Of a stretch of DNA of 6,441 bases, positions 5,945 to 6,441 are shown in pieces; position 1 is the first letter of the stretch; each line of letters begins with the position of its first letter. The stretch is taken from positions 1 to 6,441 of IMG/VR virus record IMGVR_UViG_2695420889_000001, one strand, 5' to 3'. Under the pieces are notes generated by a model. It worked only from the letters and a program-made list of their open reading frames with translations. It ran no database searches and was not told the origin of the DNA. The stretch comes from a virus. Its lineage: Duplodnaviria; Heunggongvirae; Uroviricota; Caudoviricetes. Made by a program: the position numbers and the translations under genes.

Positions 5945-6441
5945 TCACCAGTTGAAGTTCGTTGAGCCGTAGTCCTGTTCACTGAATCCCGAGATCGGGA
6001 GGCTTTTGCCCCGCCCACCTCCGGGAGCTGCTGACTGTTGCCAGGATTCGTCAAAGTGCCGATCGGGGCCAAAGAACGTCGATGCCTGCTTCACGAACTG
6101 GGTGCCGGTATTTCCTGAGACACGCACCCAGGCGGCATAGCGTTTCACACCGTTGAGCATGGTTTCGGGTGTCACACCTTCCCTGATACGGGCTTTCCAG
6201 GCTTTGAAGGCTGCTGACTTGGAATTACCACCAGCACGTTTGGGATATTCCTGCCAGGCCTGTTCAAATTCCGGTGAATATTCCTGTCGGGCAGAACGTG
6301 CTGGTGCAGACGCGTCAGCGGATGCGCCAATAGTGTTTTTACTCTCTGTAGTATTCTCTGAAGTAATCTCTGTTGTATTCTCTGTAAGATCGAAATTGGT
6401 TTTCCCTTCTCCGCGGCGAGGGGTTTCCCGTGTCCGCGGTG
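5945..6441 (-). CDS. Replication initiator, lambda O-like (replisome organiser), 5'-truncated by the window edge
   Basis: Hand translation of the minus strand is open from 6441 to the TGA at 5945-5947; the 76-aa track ORF is only its C-terminal tail. Contains direct repeats in a TENTTEITSENTTES linker and a C-terminal FEQAWQEYPKRAG...KAWKARI domain. Lies immediately upstream of the loader and helicase. Identity is inferred from architecture, not homology. Confidence 0.65.
   Translation of the reverse strand, partial: PRTRETPRRGEGKTNFDLTENTTEITSENTTESKNTIGASADASAPARSARQEYSPEFEQAWQEYPKRAGGNSKSAAFKAWKARIREGVTPETMLNGVKRYAAWVRVSGNTGTQFVKQASTFFGPDRHFDESWQQSAAPGGGRGKSLPISGFSEQDYGSTNFNW
6343..6390. 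repeat. Four tandem 12-bp direct repeats (TCTCTG + 6 nt); candidate origin iterons inside the initiator gene
   Basis: TCTCTGtagtat / TCTCTGaagtaa / TCTCTGttgtat / TCTCTGtaagat at 6343, 6355, 6367 and 6379, with a short AT-rich patch (aatagtgtttttact) adjacent at 6328-6342. Confidence 0.6.

Noticed and set aside
5945-6175. 76-aa ORF called as a separate gene
   Set aside because: Its start is a GTG inside a reading frame that my hand translation shows is open to the window edge at 6441. It is the C-terminal tail of the truncated initiator gene, not an independent gene.
6343-6390. Direct repeats considered as a CRISPR array or minisatellite
   Set aside because: Only four 12-bp units with 6-bp variable parts, lying inside a coding sequence and in the classic origin position; no repeat-spacer architecture and no cas genes.

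Overview
Every supportable gene in this 6.4-kb window lies on the minus strand; together they form one contiguous slice of a lambdoid (Stx-phage-like) enterobacterial prophage. In transcription order (high to low coordinate): a 5'-truncated O-like replication initiator carrying in-gene iterons, a DnaC/IstB-like helicase loader, a DnaB-family helicase, a small coiled-coil ORF, a DUF968/HNH-like protein, a Q-type antiterminator, a tR'-like intrinsic terminator, a small winged-helix-like ORF, a second intrinsic terminator, a beta-class N6-adenine DNA methyltransferase with an embedded XRE-like HTH, and three tRNA genes (Ile-CAU, Arg-UCG, Arg-UCU). The late promoter could not be located by eye. 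No CRISPR array, IS element or integrase is visible. The most interesting part is the accessory cassette downstream of Q (small HTH ORF, orphan methyltransferase, tRNA trio), which reads as a late-expressed anti-restriction and codon-supply module; all functional calls are from motifs and gene order read by hand, not database searches, and nothing here is demonstrably a new system.
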